Shown piece after piece: positions 37,638 to 51,128 of a stretch of DNA of 64,000 bases. A program made the position numbers and the translations under genes. The notes under the pieces are model-generated. The model made no database searches, was not told the origin of the DNA, and was given only the letters and a program-made list of their open reading frames with translations. Source of the DNA: Octopus vulgaris (Eukaryota); the NCBI GenBank assembly GCA_951406725.2, contig OX597816.1:142848001-142912000 (forward strand), read 5' to 3'. Every line of letters begins with the position of its first letter. Positions within the stretch are counted from its first letter, which is position 1.

Positions 37638-38357
37638 GCTGACAACAATGACGACGACAATGATGGTCATAACCATCTTCATCACCACCACCATCACCAT
37701 GAACCACTTACATCATCATCATCACCATCATCATGGCAGCTTGATCACCACTACCTCAATGCCATCATCATTACCATCAGACTCCTTTTGCTTATCCTGT
37801 GAATTAGTCACATTATTTGCCCTGCTTTTCTTCTGTTTCAAAGACGTTGTCCCTTTTAGCTTTGATATTGCTATAAATATTTGTCAGTAATTACAGAACT
37901 TTAATAAATAATCGTAATACCTTGTTAGTTCCAACAAACTTCATGTCAATATTGCAAAACAAACAAAAGAAAAACAAAAAGAAACTATTGGAAAACAAAA
38001 CCAAACAACAACTACCACAAAAAAACCTATGATATTCAAATATAAATAAGTATGAGAATCTATTAACTACTGCTACACAACAATACATAACTGATCTGTA
38101 CTAATCTTGGCTGTCCTGCTTCTCTAATGCACCAGCTCAACCAATGTTGCTCTTGTTATTGCTGACTTTTTCTTTCTTGTTCTATCACTATTATTAGACA
38201 TTTGTAAAAAGGTTATCGGTGACTTTCTGTGCTTTTAAGATCATTGCTGCACTACAGTCGGGTAAGTACTGAAATAAACCATGCCAGATGCTATTATTAT
38301 CATTATTATTATTGTTATTGTTGTTATTATTGTTGTTGTTGTTGTTGTTGCTACTGC

Positions 38358-38388
<31 letters not shown>

Positions 38389-39519
38389 ATTAAGACGGTG
38401 AGCTGGCAGAATCGTTAGCAGGCCAGGCGAAATGCTTAGCGGCATTTCGTCTGCCACTACATTCAGAGTTCAAACTCCACCGAGGTCAACTTTGCCTTTC
38501 ATTCTTTCGGGGTCAATAGATTAAATACCAGTTGAGTACTGGGGTCGATGTAATCAACTCGCTCCTTCCTCCAAATGTCAGGCCTTATGCCTATAGTAGA
38601 AATGATAATGATGATGATGATGATGACGACAATGACAACGACGAGGGTGAGGCAGGGGAAGAGGAGGATTTCTTTTGTCACTAAGGTAACAGATGAGAGT
38701 GACAATTACAAAGACAGGCAAAAGGTGTGGGGATTTGCACAGAAAATCAAATGAGCAAAAAAAAAATGAAATAAAAGTATACGTGATAAATAAATAATGA
38801 AGGATGATGATGCAGTCCTCCTGATAACCTCAGTCTAAATCTGATCAAGGAATTCCACAGATTCAAGATCACCTTGACTACCTAGAGTAAGTGTACTTTC
38901 CAACTCATTCTCTGACCTATAGGTAAACTATTTGCCTTCACGATTTTGCAGCTTACACCCTCCTCACTTGAGGGCAGCCCTTCTGTAGCCCTTCTACTTA
39001 CCTGCACCTTCATTTTCATCTAAAACTTGAAAAAGTCAATGAGGGCTCAGCCAAAAACAAAAGTGTTTGTCTTGAATTTTTCAGCTCTATTTAATTCACA
39101 ATCTCTTTCACCATAGCCACCAGATAGAAGAAAACTACCCTCTCTGCCTTGTTAAAGGAAGACAGCTGGACAATCACCACAATGAACTTGGTCAATAGCT
39201 GTATCTGTCCCACACATGACCGCAATTTATCAACGTTGACAAGTCAGCAACACTCCGACATTGAACATATTGAGGGAATTAATTGAACTGAACTCAGAAT
39301 ATAAAGTAACGTAACTAACAATTACCAACACAGTTTGTCTGTTGCTCTACTAATTCTGGTTATCCAGTTTCTAACATGGGTACCAGATTACAAATTTCAA
39401 GCAAGGGAAAAGTTGATTTGATTGCCCATCTCCCTTCAGTATTTGATTAGTGTTCTAAAAGGATGAAAGGCAAAAATCAAATATAGAAAGATTTGAACTT
39501 AGAACATGAATTACTACTG

Positions 39520-39550
<31 letters not shown>

Positions 39551-40218
39551 GAGGGTGATGGCAGCAGTGAGGGCAGTAGTGGCAGTGCTGGCACCAGTGA
39601 TGATAATTGTAGTGGTGGTGGTGCTGATGAAGAAGGAGAAGGAGGAGGAAACAACAGTGACCGTTGACCGTGAGGACAGCAGTGGCAGCAGCAGTAGCAG
39701 CAGCAATGGTAGCAGTGGTGATAGCAGTGGTGGCAGCAGCAGTTGTGATGATGATGGCAGCAGTGGTAGTGGTGGTGGTACTGTGGTGATAGCAGTGATA
39801 ATGAAGGGAATGACGATTTCTAGGCTAGGTACAAAACAATTAATCTACAACAACAAACTGCACCGCCTTCACCACCACTTCCACAAAGCTAAAATTCACT
39901 ACAGTATATATTATATACAATGTATATTATTAGTATTTATAACTTCACTGAGACCAGAAGAGTGAAAGGCCAAGTCACCTCATATTTGAATGAGAAAAGA
40001 AGTAGAGATGGATAAGAAAAAGAAACAGAAGCACTGAGATAGATACGGAAAAGGCCAGACACAGACAGGCAGGCAGATATGTAGGTGTGTAAGCAAGTAA
40101 GTAAATAGATAGATAGAAGAATATCAAAATGTTACATGTCTAAATGGCAATATACTATGTTTATCAGTACAACAATTTGCGAAATAAAAAGAATAGTTCA
40201 AAAGTGTAATCATAACTT

Positions 40219-40303
<85 letters not shown>

Positions 40304-40484
40304 AAATTTGCAGTGAAATGTACAGTGAAATCTGGAATGATTATTTACATTTTTATTCTTAACACATCTAGAAAGGTTCAGCTGCAAAATATGCTGGTCA
40401 CTATAATATACTTCTAAAGAGAATATCTTTTCCCTTTTTATAACAACAGCATGTTCAACAAACTCAGCTCATTGACACATGGCA

Positions 40485-40529
40485 TTCTTGGATGCCAGTG
40501 TTTCAACATATTGTGTCTCATCAGTTCCA
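40485..40529 (-). ncRNA. Second hammerhead core on the left arm of the same palindrome
   Basis: Minus strand GGAA-CTGATGA-GACACAATATGTT-GAAA-CACTGGCA-TC-CAAGAA; core intact, stems I and III imperfect. Confidence 0.6.
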
Positions 40530-40534
40530 GTTAC

Positions 40535-40580
40535 TTCTGACTGACAAGACACAATATGTTGAAACACTGGTGTCTCAGAA
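40535..40580 (+). ncRNA. Minimal type-I hammerhead ribozyme relic (PLE-type), right arm of palindrome 40391-40669
   Basis: TTCTGA-CTGACAA-GACA CAATA TGTT-GAAA-CACTGGTG-TC-TCAGAA: 6-bp stem I, stem II GACA/TGTT, near-palindromic stem III, GUC site. G8>A is consistent with CpG decay of CTGACGA. Confidence 0.75.
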
Positions 40581-40670
40581 TGGTGTGTCCCAATACACTG
40601 AGTGTGTTGAATATACTGTTGTCATAAAAGGAGAAGTTGTTCTAGAAAGTATGCAGTAGTGACCAACATA

Positions 40671-41871
40671 CAGGAGTTGGACAAAATAATGGAAGCACCT
40701 TAAAATTTCAAACAAATTTATTTTAATATGGGGCAGAATACAGCTTGAATTCTATGAGGTATGGACTTGTACAAAGTTTGAATTGTTTCCAAAGGAATTT
40801 TTGTCCATTCTTCAGCTAAAACAGTCTCTAGTTCTTGTAGTGATGATGGTGGAGGATATCGACTGCTTACTTGTTTTTCTAAAATGCACCATAAATGTTC
40901 AATAATATTGAGATCTGGGGACTGTGGTGGCCAGACAAGATGTTCAACTTCACTAGAATGTCCTCATGCCATTCAGTAAGAACTTTAGCTGTGTGAATTG
41001 GTGCATTATCATCCTGAAAGATTGCGTTTCCCTCTGGAAACAGTTCCGCAACCATAGTATGAATTTGATCAGATAAAATGCTTAGTTTTGACTATTAATT
41101 CTGTCATGAAAGGAAACCATTGGGCCAGTGGATTTCCAATATATAGCCCCCAGATCATCACAGATCCTCTGCTGTGTTTAACAGTTGGAAGAAGGTAGTC
41201 TGGGTCAAATGCTTCTTTTGACTGTCTCCACACATATACTCAGTCAGTGGTCGGAAATAAAGTAAAGGATGACTCATCCAAGAAAATAACATTCTTCTAC
41301 TGCTCTAGGGACCAATTCTGTAGGTTTTTACCCCACTCTAAATGCTTTACAACGTTTGTTTTTGAAAGTAGTGGTTTTCTGATTGCAGTCCTCCCATGAA
41401 ATCTGGCTCTGTACAGCTCCCGGTGAACAGTTTTTGTGGAGACTGGGTTCTCATGGTGGTCATTAAGCTCTGCAGTAATTTTGAGAGCAGTACTTTTGTG
41501 TAAGAGTCCGATGGTCCCTATCTGAAAGTTTTGGTTTTCTTCCAGAGTTTTGTTTCGATGAAGAGGTTTTTTCTTCTTCCTCAAAGGCTGTCATTACTTT
41601 CGAAACAGTACTTCTTGATATACCAAACATTTCGGCTGTTATCACTACACTAGCGCCTGCCATATGAACACCAACAATTTGACTGCTTTGAAAGTCCAAT
41701 AGATCTGTCATTTTAATGAATTTTAATTACCTTTTTTCTGATGATATCTGAAAAGAAACGGCAATTTCAGCAAAACATATTAAGCAAGACTAAGAATAAA
41801 TCAAAAAACATAAAAATAAACAAGCTTCTGAAACTTTTATAGATATTTCAAAATTATGATGCTGTGATGCT
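40671..41871 (-). mobile_element. Tc1-like transposon, copy 2 (same family as 7662-8931; right TIR missing)
   Basis: TA-CAGGAGTTGGACAAAATAATGGAAGCACC; colinear with copy 1 throughout; frameshifted ORFs 41463-41711 and 41297-41584. Confidence 0.92.
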
Positions 41872-41972
41872 GTATTTTGTACCTGAATCTACATAGATAT
41901 GTTAAAAATAAATATGCAAATAATCATTTATTGCATACATGTATATACATACATACATATATACATATATAC

Positions 41973-42005
<33 letters not shown>

Positions 42006-42121
42006 TGTATGTATGTATGTATGTGTGAATGTATGTATGTATGTATGTATGTACGTACATACGTATGTATATATGCATGTATGTATGTATGTATGTATGT
42101 ATGTATGCATATGTGTGTGTG

Positions 42122-42191
<70 letters not shown>

Positions 42192-42209
42192 TATGTATAT
42201 ATACACAGT

Positions 42210-42658
42210 AGCCACAGGCATCATTGTATGGTTTAAGAAGTCTGCTTTCTCAATCACATAGCTTCAGTTTCAATCCAACTGCTTGTTGCTTTGGGCAGGT
42301 ATCTTCTACTATAGCCTCAGGCCTTCTGAGTGGATTTGGTAGATGCAAACTTTAAGAAGCCTGTCATATATTAGCGTACATCTGCATGTGTGTGTGTCTG
42401 TATGTGCATGTGCATATGTTTGCCTCCTCGTCTTCACATTGCATGATAGTTATAAATATGTGTCATTGTTATACAAGCAGCGTCCTTCAATTCCAATCTT
42501 TGATGAAAGCATGTCCACCCATGGGGAAATATTAGCTTACATGGAAACAAGGTGGGAGGTAACAGGAAGGACATCCAGACATTGAAAATTTGCCTCAACG
42601 ATTTCCATCTGACCCATGCAAGCATGGAAAAATGGATGTAAAAACAATGATGATGATT
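42210..42658 (+). mobile_element. Complete SINE: family-B tRNA-like head plus RTE-type tail
   Basis: Head TGTATGGTTTAAGAAG..CTTTGGGCAGGTATCTTCTACTATAGCCTCAGG..GGATTTGGTAGATG, GT-rich hinge, tail CAGGAAGGACATCCAGAC..GACCCATGCAAGCATGGAAAAATGGATGTAAAAACAATGATGATG. Confidence 0.75.
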
Positions 42659-43869
42659 ATAACCATGATGGGACAAGATTTTTATTGTGTTTGCTCATAT
42701 ATTATGTATTTCTTTGCTTGACTTCATATGGTAATTGTTCTTTAGCCCAGATCAGCCCTGAATGAACAAATCTGTGATCAAAAACATTCTAGACATGACC
42801 TTCCTGACCTTTTTTCAGACATTGCATATCTAAGACTATCATATTCAATGTATTGCTTTCTTATCAAGATAACTGGGTTTAATTCGGGCGAAATTTGGCT
42901 GCTATTTCTAATTGGTTATATAACTACAAATGAGCTTTTTAGGTGGCTCAATTAATGTAGCAGAGATTTCGGGTATTACTCCTATAAAATAAAATTAAAA
43001 TTTGATTGTTTAACTTGAATGTAATTGTCAGTGCATGTAAGACCAAGTACACTTTTGTTCACAATGTCAATTCAAATCCACCCTTGAATTGGCTAGGGTC
43101 ACAATAGGGAACATGAGGAAATAAGAGTGTCAGTGATCAAGGAAAACTACATATTGATAGCTTGCCCCATATTCATGCTCTTTGCCATTAAAATATGTTC
43201 TGACTTCAAACTAGATTTAATCCAGTTAGTGACCATCAAAAAGCAGGCCACAGCCATTCAGGATGTCAGCTAAGCTGTGGAGCCAGCAGAACCTTAACAA
43301 CAAATATTATTGCAAGTATAAGTATGGAGATCTATCATTCCCATTGGACTATGGTATTACATTGTTTCACCAGAAATCACATGAAACAACACCAGTTAAT
43401 ATCCCAGTTAAAGATAAATCACAATGGTTAACTCACATTTCAAGAGCATGCTACAATACATGAACAGGAAATAAAAACAAAATACTTGAGATATGGATGC
43501 AAATAAAACTTCTAAAAATTGATGCAGACACACTGAATTAACTCTGAAGATGTAACCTACTACAAAATCATCATACTAATTATCTCAGGCATAATGATAT
43601 AGCCAAAATAATGGGGTTTCAGATTTTGGCACAAGGACAGAAAGTGTTTATCAATCACTTCACTACTTTTCTCCCCAATGCTCAACTGATACCTATTTTA
43701 TCAACCCTGAAAGGATGAAAGACAAAATCAGCAAAATTTGAACTTAGAATGCCAGCAGAAATGCTACTAAGCATTTTGTCCAACATACTAAAAATACTGC
43801 CAGCTTGCCATCTTCGTGGCCAAAATAATATACAATGCAATCTATAAAAAGAAATTACTGTGAGGTAGT

Positions 43870-44720
43870 GAATACACTCACCCGTAATGCTGGTGGAATA
43901 TTCCTATTTTTAGGCAGAGAGCAACTTCACCTACTAACTCATAGAGATCATTTATTTCAGCAGAATGTGTTTCATAAAATGTGATGAAAGATTCTTTGAT
44001 TTTTTTTCTTCAGTGACAACTTGCTCAGCCCTGCTAACATCTGACATTTCATCAATGTTAATAGAATATCCTGAACATTTTTTCACATCATTTACTATGC
44101 TGCCTAGAACAACCCCAACTATGACATCTAGAATTTTATTTTGCACACCAGGTGAGGTCTATATTATGCATCTATCTAACTATACAGTTTTTTTCTTTGT
44201 CAAAAAATATCTCTGAACTGAAGATATAAAACTTCTTCAAGGGTTACTGTGTTTAATAACAGAAAATTTACTAGCTCTTTGCATGACCTTATTGAAATAT
44301 GTTTTGCCAGAAAGTGAACAACAGAGTTTTGATAATTTTCAACCATTCTTAGTTCTCTAGTTACTATTTGTGTACGATATTTAGTTGACCTAATGCTGAC
44401 ATTTTGTGCTGTGCATTTGTTCAATAATCTATCCACTGCATCATAACCTGCTGTGGACAAATACTTTTTATATGCTTTGTGAGTGACTTAATCTTATTCT
44501 AGATTAACTTTATCATTTTAAAAGCAGAAGTATTACTCTGCATGAACACTTTACATAGCTAACATGAAACTTGAGACTTGTGAATATCATAGATAAGCCA
44601 AAGATAAGGCTTAAATCCTTTGCTCTTGAAATCTCTCAGACTAGAATCATTGCCAAAATTCTTTAGTTTATACTGCATCAAACTTGTTTGCTTTGGTGCA
44701 GTTTCAGCGTTGTTGTTCTG
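43870..44720 (-). pseudogene. hAT transposase relic (ZMYM1/DUF4371-like region)
   Basis: TSPGVQNKILDVIVGVVLGSIVNDVKKCSGYSINIDEMSDVSRAEQ matches hAT YxSxxxQNE..+..DExxDxSxxEQ. Confidence 0.75.
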
Positions 44721-46454
44721 CAGGGGCAGCAGAACTAGTGGATACTCATCTCATCTTAACCCACTTATTCCTGGGAGGGTCATGGTGGTAGACTCCTCAG
44801 TTATACTTTCCATCATGTTCTGTCAGAAACATTTGTCTCCAGTTGATCCACCTGGACCCCCAAGTAAGACCAACAAGCTCATGGGTATTATCCAACCATC
44901 TTGCTCATGACCTATTCCTGGGTTTCTTGTTGATTGGTTTTGTTCATAAAACCTGTCCAGTGAGTCTTTCTTAAGACATGCTTATCACATGTCCATAGTA
45001 TCGGTTCTGTGAATTCACAATTCAGAGAAGTAGCAGCTCTACCTGGAGTGTCTCCCTGATATCTGAGCTATGCACTCTATCGAGTAACATTACTCGGATA
45101 ATTCTTCAGAGGAGCCCCATCTTTTATATTCACAATCATATTCTTTTGATCCTTACCCAAGATTCATGACCATAGGTAAGGGTAGGCATGAACACTGAAT
45201 TGAAGATAGTGAGATTGGCTTTTACACCTAGCTCCCTTTTTCTGATAATCAAATATTGAAGATGGTGCATTACTGCCCCAGCTCCTACACTTGAAATATC
45301 ATCATTTTTGGAGGAGCCAGGCTCTGTAGAGATTCCAAGATTTTTGTAATATCATTAACATAACTACCAACAAAGTTGTTCTTGGTAATATATTAGATAG
45401 TTTTTAGTTGCACAATTCTTTAAGATAGAGAAAGTATGTATGCCTGAAAGATGTGAGGTGAAAACTGACTTGAATTATACCTGTTAATAGACATATAATC
45501 AACTTTAAATATGAGAGCTGTAATCCAGTTTTTATAGTTACACCAATACCAAAATGGGCTTCAGTGAACTGTTGTTTTTAACCTGTTTGATTACTTAATT
45601 TAGAACATTTGTTTGAGCATTCTAGAAAATCTATTTCCATTGTTTCTCAGTGTTTATTGTTTTTTTCACATCTGCCACAGACAAAGTCTACTTTCTCTGA
45701 TAATCCTCCAATGATTCAACAGCATCTCTTGTGTGTCTGTTGCTTGCATTGGATACCCCAATTGGAATTACTACCTACAACCTTTCTACATATGAAACGG
45801 CTATTTTTCTGAAGAGAAAAGCATATTATGTTTTCCTGTTTAATAGGACTTAAGTCTTTTTTAAGTTAACTTTAGAGCTGTTTGATTTCGAAGACTGAGA
45901 CCTCTGGAGGTATGCTGTGATTGAGAAGACCTGGCAAATAAAGTGAGTCCACAGCTGTAACCTACATCAGTGTCGCATAACCAGCCCATTCAAAAGTACC
46001 TGGGATCGTAGGACGACATACCATGCTTGAGGAGACCTATTGAATCAAGTACATCAACATCAGCAATATCAAAATCAAATCAAATGGAAATTATAGTCGT
46101 GAGCCCCATGCTGGTAGTACGTAAAAAGCAACATCCGAACATGGCCGATGCCAGTGCCGCATTGACTGGCTTCCATGCCGGTGGCATGTAAAAAGCACCA
46201 TCTGATCATTGTCGATGCCAGCTTCTCTGGCCCCTGTGCCGGTAGGATGTAAAAGCACCCACTACACTCTTAGAGTGGTTGGCATTAAGAAGGGTATCCA
46301 GCTGTAGTAACACTGCCTGATCAGATTGGGGCCTGGTGCAGCCTCCTGGCTTCCCAGACCCCAGTGGAACCGTCTAACCCATGCTAGCATGGAAAACGGA
46401 CGTTAAAAGATGATGATGATGATAAAGAGAGAGAGCAGAGAGAGAGAGATATGG

Positions 46455-46670
46455 AGTGGGTGATGAAAAGTTACTGGTTTTAGTGGTATCATGAAAGGCC
46501 TGGTTGGAGGTCCAGACTTCTGAGTTATTTTACAGGGCTTAGAAAAAGTGAAGGACTGTTGCAATAAGTTTGTGAATCTGAGAGGGAAATATGTTGAATA
46601 AAATCATAATTAACTGATCCTCCTGCATTTTCTTTTAACCAAAGCCAGGAACTTTTCAGCATTCCTTCAT
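46455..46670. mobile_element. Mariner-derived MITE
   Basis: Ends GGGTGATGAAAAGTTACTGGTTT / AAAGCCAGGAACTTTTCAGCATTCCTTCATA are mutually inverted and resemble the TIR at 2413. Confidence 0.65.
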
Positions 46671-46809
46671 ATTCATACATACATACATACATACATACAT
46701 ACATACATACATACACACATACATACACACATATGCATGCATACATACATACATACATACATACATACATACATACATACATACATACATACATACATAC
46801 ATACATACA

Positions 46810-46843
<34 letters not shown>

Positions 46844-48559
46844 CATTTATACATAGACCTATATAAGTGTGTGTGTGTGTCTATGCTACATGAATACATT
46901 ATTTACTAAAAGATAAAATGTTGAATGACAAAGTTTTAACTATCACCTCTAGAACAGAAAATCTTTGTTAATATTACAGACACAAACCAATATAAGAATG
47001 AATTGATATGAAGAAAGTCTGTGAATGAATTAAGTGGTTATTTGTAAAAAAAATTTGAATCCTAGGCTGAAAAGTTTCTTGTGTCACTTTGTGGTTAAGA
47101 AGAATACTTCACAGCTTCATTGTTTCAGGTTCAATCCAACTGAATGGTACCTTTGGTATGTGTCTTCTATCATAACTTTGTGTGAGTGACCAATTCCTTG
47201 TGAATCGAAATGTATAAAAGATATATTATTTGATATTAGAGATGCAGTGATTTCAAAGGAAGGTTAACAGAGGAAGTAGACTTTGTACATGGCAGGTGCA
47301 CAGGAGCAATAAACACTAAGGACACACTGGAAACAAACTTTGTCAGATGCTCAAGAGGATTCTTACAAATTATAAATAGTTTTATTGCCTAGGTAACCTA
47401 ATTAGCAGTGGTAACAAAAGGTCTAAATCTGAGTGTGAAAGGAAGACTGTGTGATGCTTGTGTACAAATAACAGTGTTACTTTGTAGTGAAACTTGGGTC
47501 CTGAGTGCAGAGGACGTGCAAAGACTTGAAAGAAATGAAGCAAGCATGGGTTTTCTGCCATTAGAGGTGGCAAGAACTCATGCCATATTATTCCTTTCAG
47601 CTTTTCTGATTGTTAGGGTCCTCTGTAATACAACGTGATAGATGATATTACAAAAGTAGTGCATGAATAAATTAATGTGAAGAAAGTCTGTGAATGAATT
47701 AAGCGGTTTCTGTTTCTGCATCTGAAGTCACTAGTCACTAATCTATGATGTGTAGTACATTCTTTGTCAGGAAAAGTGATTGCCCCTTGACTGACTAGGT
47801 GTGAATGAATGACTTGTGAAGACTGTACAAACTATGTACAAAGATGCAGTAAGTGAGAGTCAAAATGATATCAGTGAAGAATTTAGCATGAAGGTTGGAA
47901 TCCATCAAGGTTAAGTCCTCAGTTCCCTTCTATTCATTATAGACCTTCATTCAATCACAGAGAATTTAAGACTGACTGCCCATGAAAACTCCTACATACT
48001 GATATTTCAGTTCTCATAGCTGAATATATAGGGGAATTAAAGAGGAAATTCCAGGCATGGAAATTTAACCTACAATCAAGAGACTACAAGGTGAACTTAG
48101 CAAAGGCTAAGGTTTTAGCTAGTAAGAAAGAAGACAGGGTCTTGGAATCTTCATGGAAATGACTTTACTCAATATGCAAGAAAGAGTAGGTACAAAGTCC
48201 ATACACTATGCCCAGAGTGAGCCACACAAGAGGTGTAGTGGAATCACAAATAGACTAACAGTGACTGTAAGTTTCATATGTGACTAAGAGCTTGGGAACA
48301 GGGGGGTGCACCACTAAAATTTTGTTTGGGTGCAAAATTCAATATTGTACCCTGCCCCCTGTTCCCCAGGCTTAGAAAAAAAAAAAAGAATTATGAAAAG
48401 AACCCCCACCCCATCAAAATCCCTAGAAAGATATATTGCTGAACTAAAGCATCCTCAATATTAAAAAAATTATATATATGTATGTATGTATGTAAATATA
48501 TATATATACATATATGTGAGTGTGTGTGTGCATGTGTATATATATATCAATAATATAAC

Positions 48560-51097
48560 AACAATAAAACAACAAACCACCACTCCTCAATACTAGCACA
48601 AAGGATGAAATTAATAAACTCCACAAACAAGAGTCCTTCACTGTGTAGCTATCCCCTTCTTCATTTCCTCAAAATATCACAAGTGACCCATCATCATCAT
48701 TGTCATTATATTCTACTGTTATTACCCTTACCATAACTAAACAATAGCAACAACAACAAGATCAGTATTGGCAGTCACTCTTCAATACCAGAACAATTGA
48801 TGACCTATCAAACAACACAGTCTCTGGCTGTTCTCTAGTCAGGCCACTCAAATTCTTTTCAGAATAATACAAGAGATACATCACCATTGCCATCTTATCC
48901 TACTGTTACTACCATTACTACTACTACTACTCCTCCAATTAGTGAAGAACCATGTCTTTCTCTCTCTCCCCCTCCCCACTATCCACTTCAATGACAACTC
49001 CATGAAAAATCTGCTAACTGCAAATAAAGTAAAATTATGAACACTCAAAACCCCAAAATATGGTGCTATTCTCAACACAAGAGTCTATGCATACACAGTG
49101 ACTGTAGCTTCACCCATTTACCTAGGAAAAGATACCCAATTCATACAAGCAATACCAGCCAACACCAAACCACATATCTTACAACACCATCACCACCTCT
49201 ACTGAAAGCTAAATCACACTTGATAACTTCTACACATGTAACCTAAAATCCTAAAATCTGTTGTTAATCCCAACACAAAATATTATGTCTGATATGCGAC
49301 TATCCCTTCACAGAACTTCCAGGGACTCGATCCACTAGTAAAAACATGACACCAACCAGCACTAAATCTACAGTAGAAACATCCCTTACAGTGGCAGTGT
49401 TGGTCCAGACTTTCATCGAAACCCAGAAGTCACCCACATGTATACTATAAAATCAACAGCCACAAACCATATAATTATAACCATTTTCAAAAGTGCAACC
49501 ATGCCAACTCCAGACAATAACCCCTCCCAAAACAAGAAAATTCCATTTTAGCCAAGATGAATCTGACAAAAGAAATAAAAACGATGTCTAGCTCTCACAC
49601 AACACCAACCACTGCTATTATTCCAGTGCACAACCACACCGTTGCTGTCATTAATCCACAAACTCAACTTTATAATAATGCCAAATGTACATGATCTTCA
49701 CATATCAAACAAAAGTATCATGTCTTAGAGACCTTGCTCAATGAGAAAGACATACATCGAAAAAAGACAATATGTGTAGCACCATGTGAAACACACTTGA
49801 CCACAGACCACATATTAGATGCAGAAGTACAGGTTATGTACTACTCAGAACTGACCACAGAATATGGAAACAAGGAGAAATAGTGATCTTCATCCAAGAA
49901 GACCTAGCAACAAATGTCCTCCCCTCCCATTCCAATACAGTGTGTGATATATTAATAATGCATGTGATTGATCTCAATTTCATCATAGGCATTATCTGCT
50001 GTCTTTCTGATGCAGCTAACCATGGAGATTACTTCAAAAATGCTTTGTCACTCATAAGCCAAACCTCAAATGAGGCCAACCCACTGGTCAATGTACTTTT
50101 AGCAGGGGATTTTAATTTCCTAGTCTCAGCTTGCCTGAAATTATATAACTGAACAAGAGAGATATGAATGCTCTTTTCAATACTACTAAAAGACTTCCTC
50201 ATGCAACAAATTATTACCCGTTCAACTAGAGGGAATAACATACCCAACCTAGTCCTTACCATCAATACAGACTTCACTCACAATGTTCAGGTCATTCCCA
50301 CAGCTATTTCTGACCACAACATTATTCAATTATCTGTATATGGTTCAAAGAGGGCAACATGCACAAATAACATCAAACATGACTCACTCCTCATGAACTT
50401 GAATTTCAAGAAAGCCAAGTGGAATGAAATCAAAACTGAAATCCTTGAAATAAACTGGCATCAGCACATTGGCAATCTCAATGTTAATGAGGGAATGAAG
50501 TTTCTGTATGAAGAGTTAATCAGGATCTGTTGAAAGCATGCCCCATATAAACACGCCTATTCCTGCATACACTTGATTCCATGAGATAGACTGACAGTAA
50601 TGTGTAACAGAACCAAAGCCAACATAACAACTAAAAAACCAAACTCTCTCAACAGATGAGATTGAGAAAAGAAAAAAGAGCATTGAACTTCACCTAAAAT
50701 TATCTCATGGAAAAGAAACTTCACTAAGTGGACAAGGAGCAGCGTAAAAGATAAAATCTATTTCTGAGTTCTATTTCTCCTTTGCTAAACAAATATCAGC
50801 TACACATAACCAGATTGGTTATCTAATGAATCAAAATGGATCATATTACTCTTTTACCCTTTTACTTCTTTTAGTCATGTGACTGCGGCCATGCTGGAGC
50901 ACCTCCTTTAGTCGAGCAAATTGACCCCAGGACTTATTCTTTGTAAGCCTAGTACTTATTCTATCAGTCGCTTTTGCTGAACCGCTAAGTTACGGGGACG
51001 GCATCAGTAAACACTGCAGCATTGGTTGTCAAGCGATATTGGGGGGGACAAACACAGTCACACAAACATATACACACACATACATACATACATACAT

Positions 51098-51128
<31 letters not shown>

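Noticed and set aside
39010-39080. Additional degenerate hammerhead
   Set aside because: Neither CUGANGA nor GAAA is intact and the stems do not pair convincingly.
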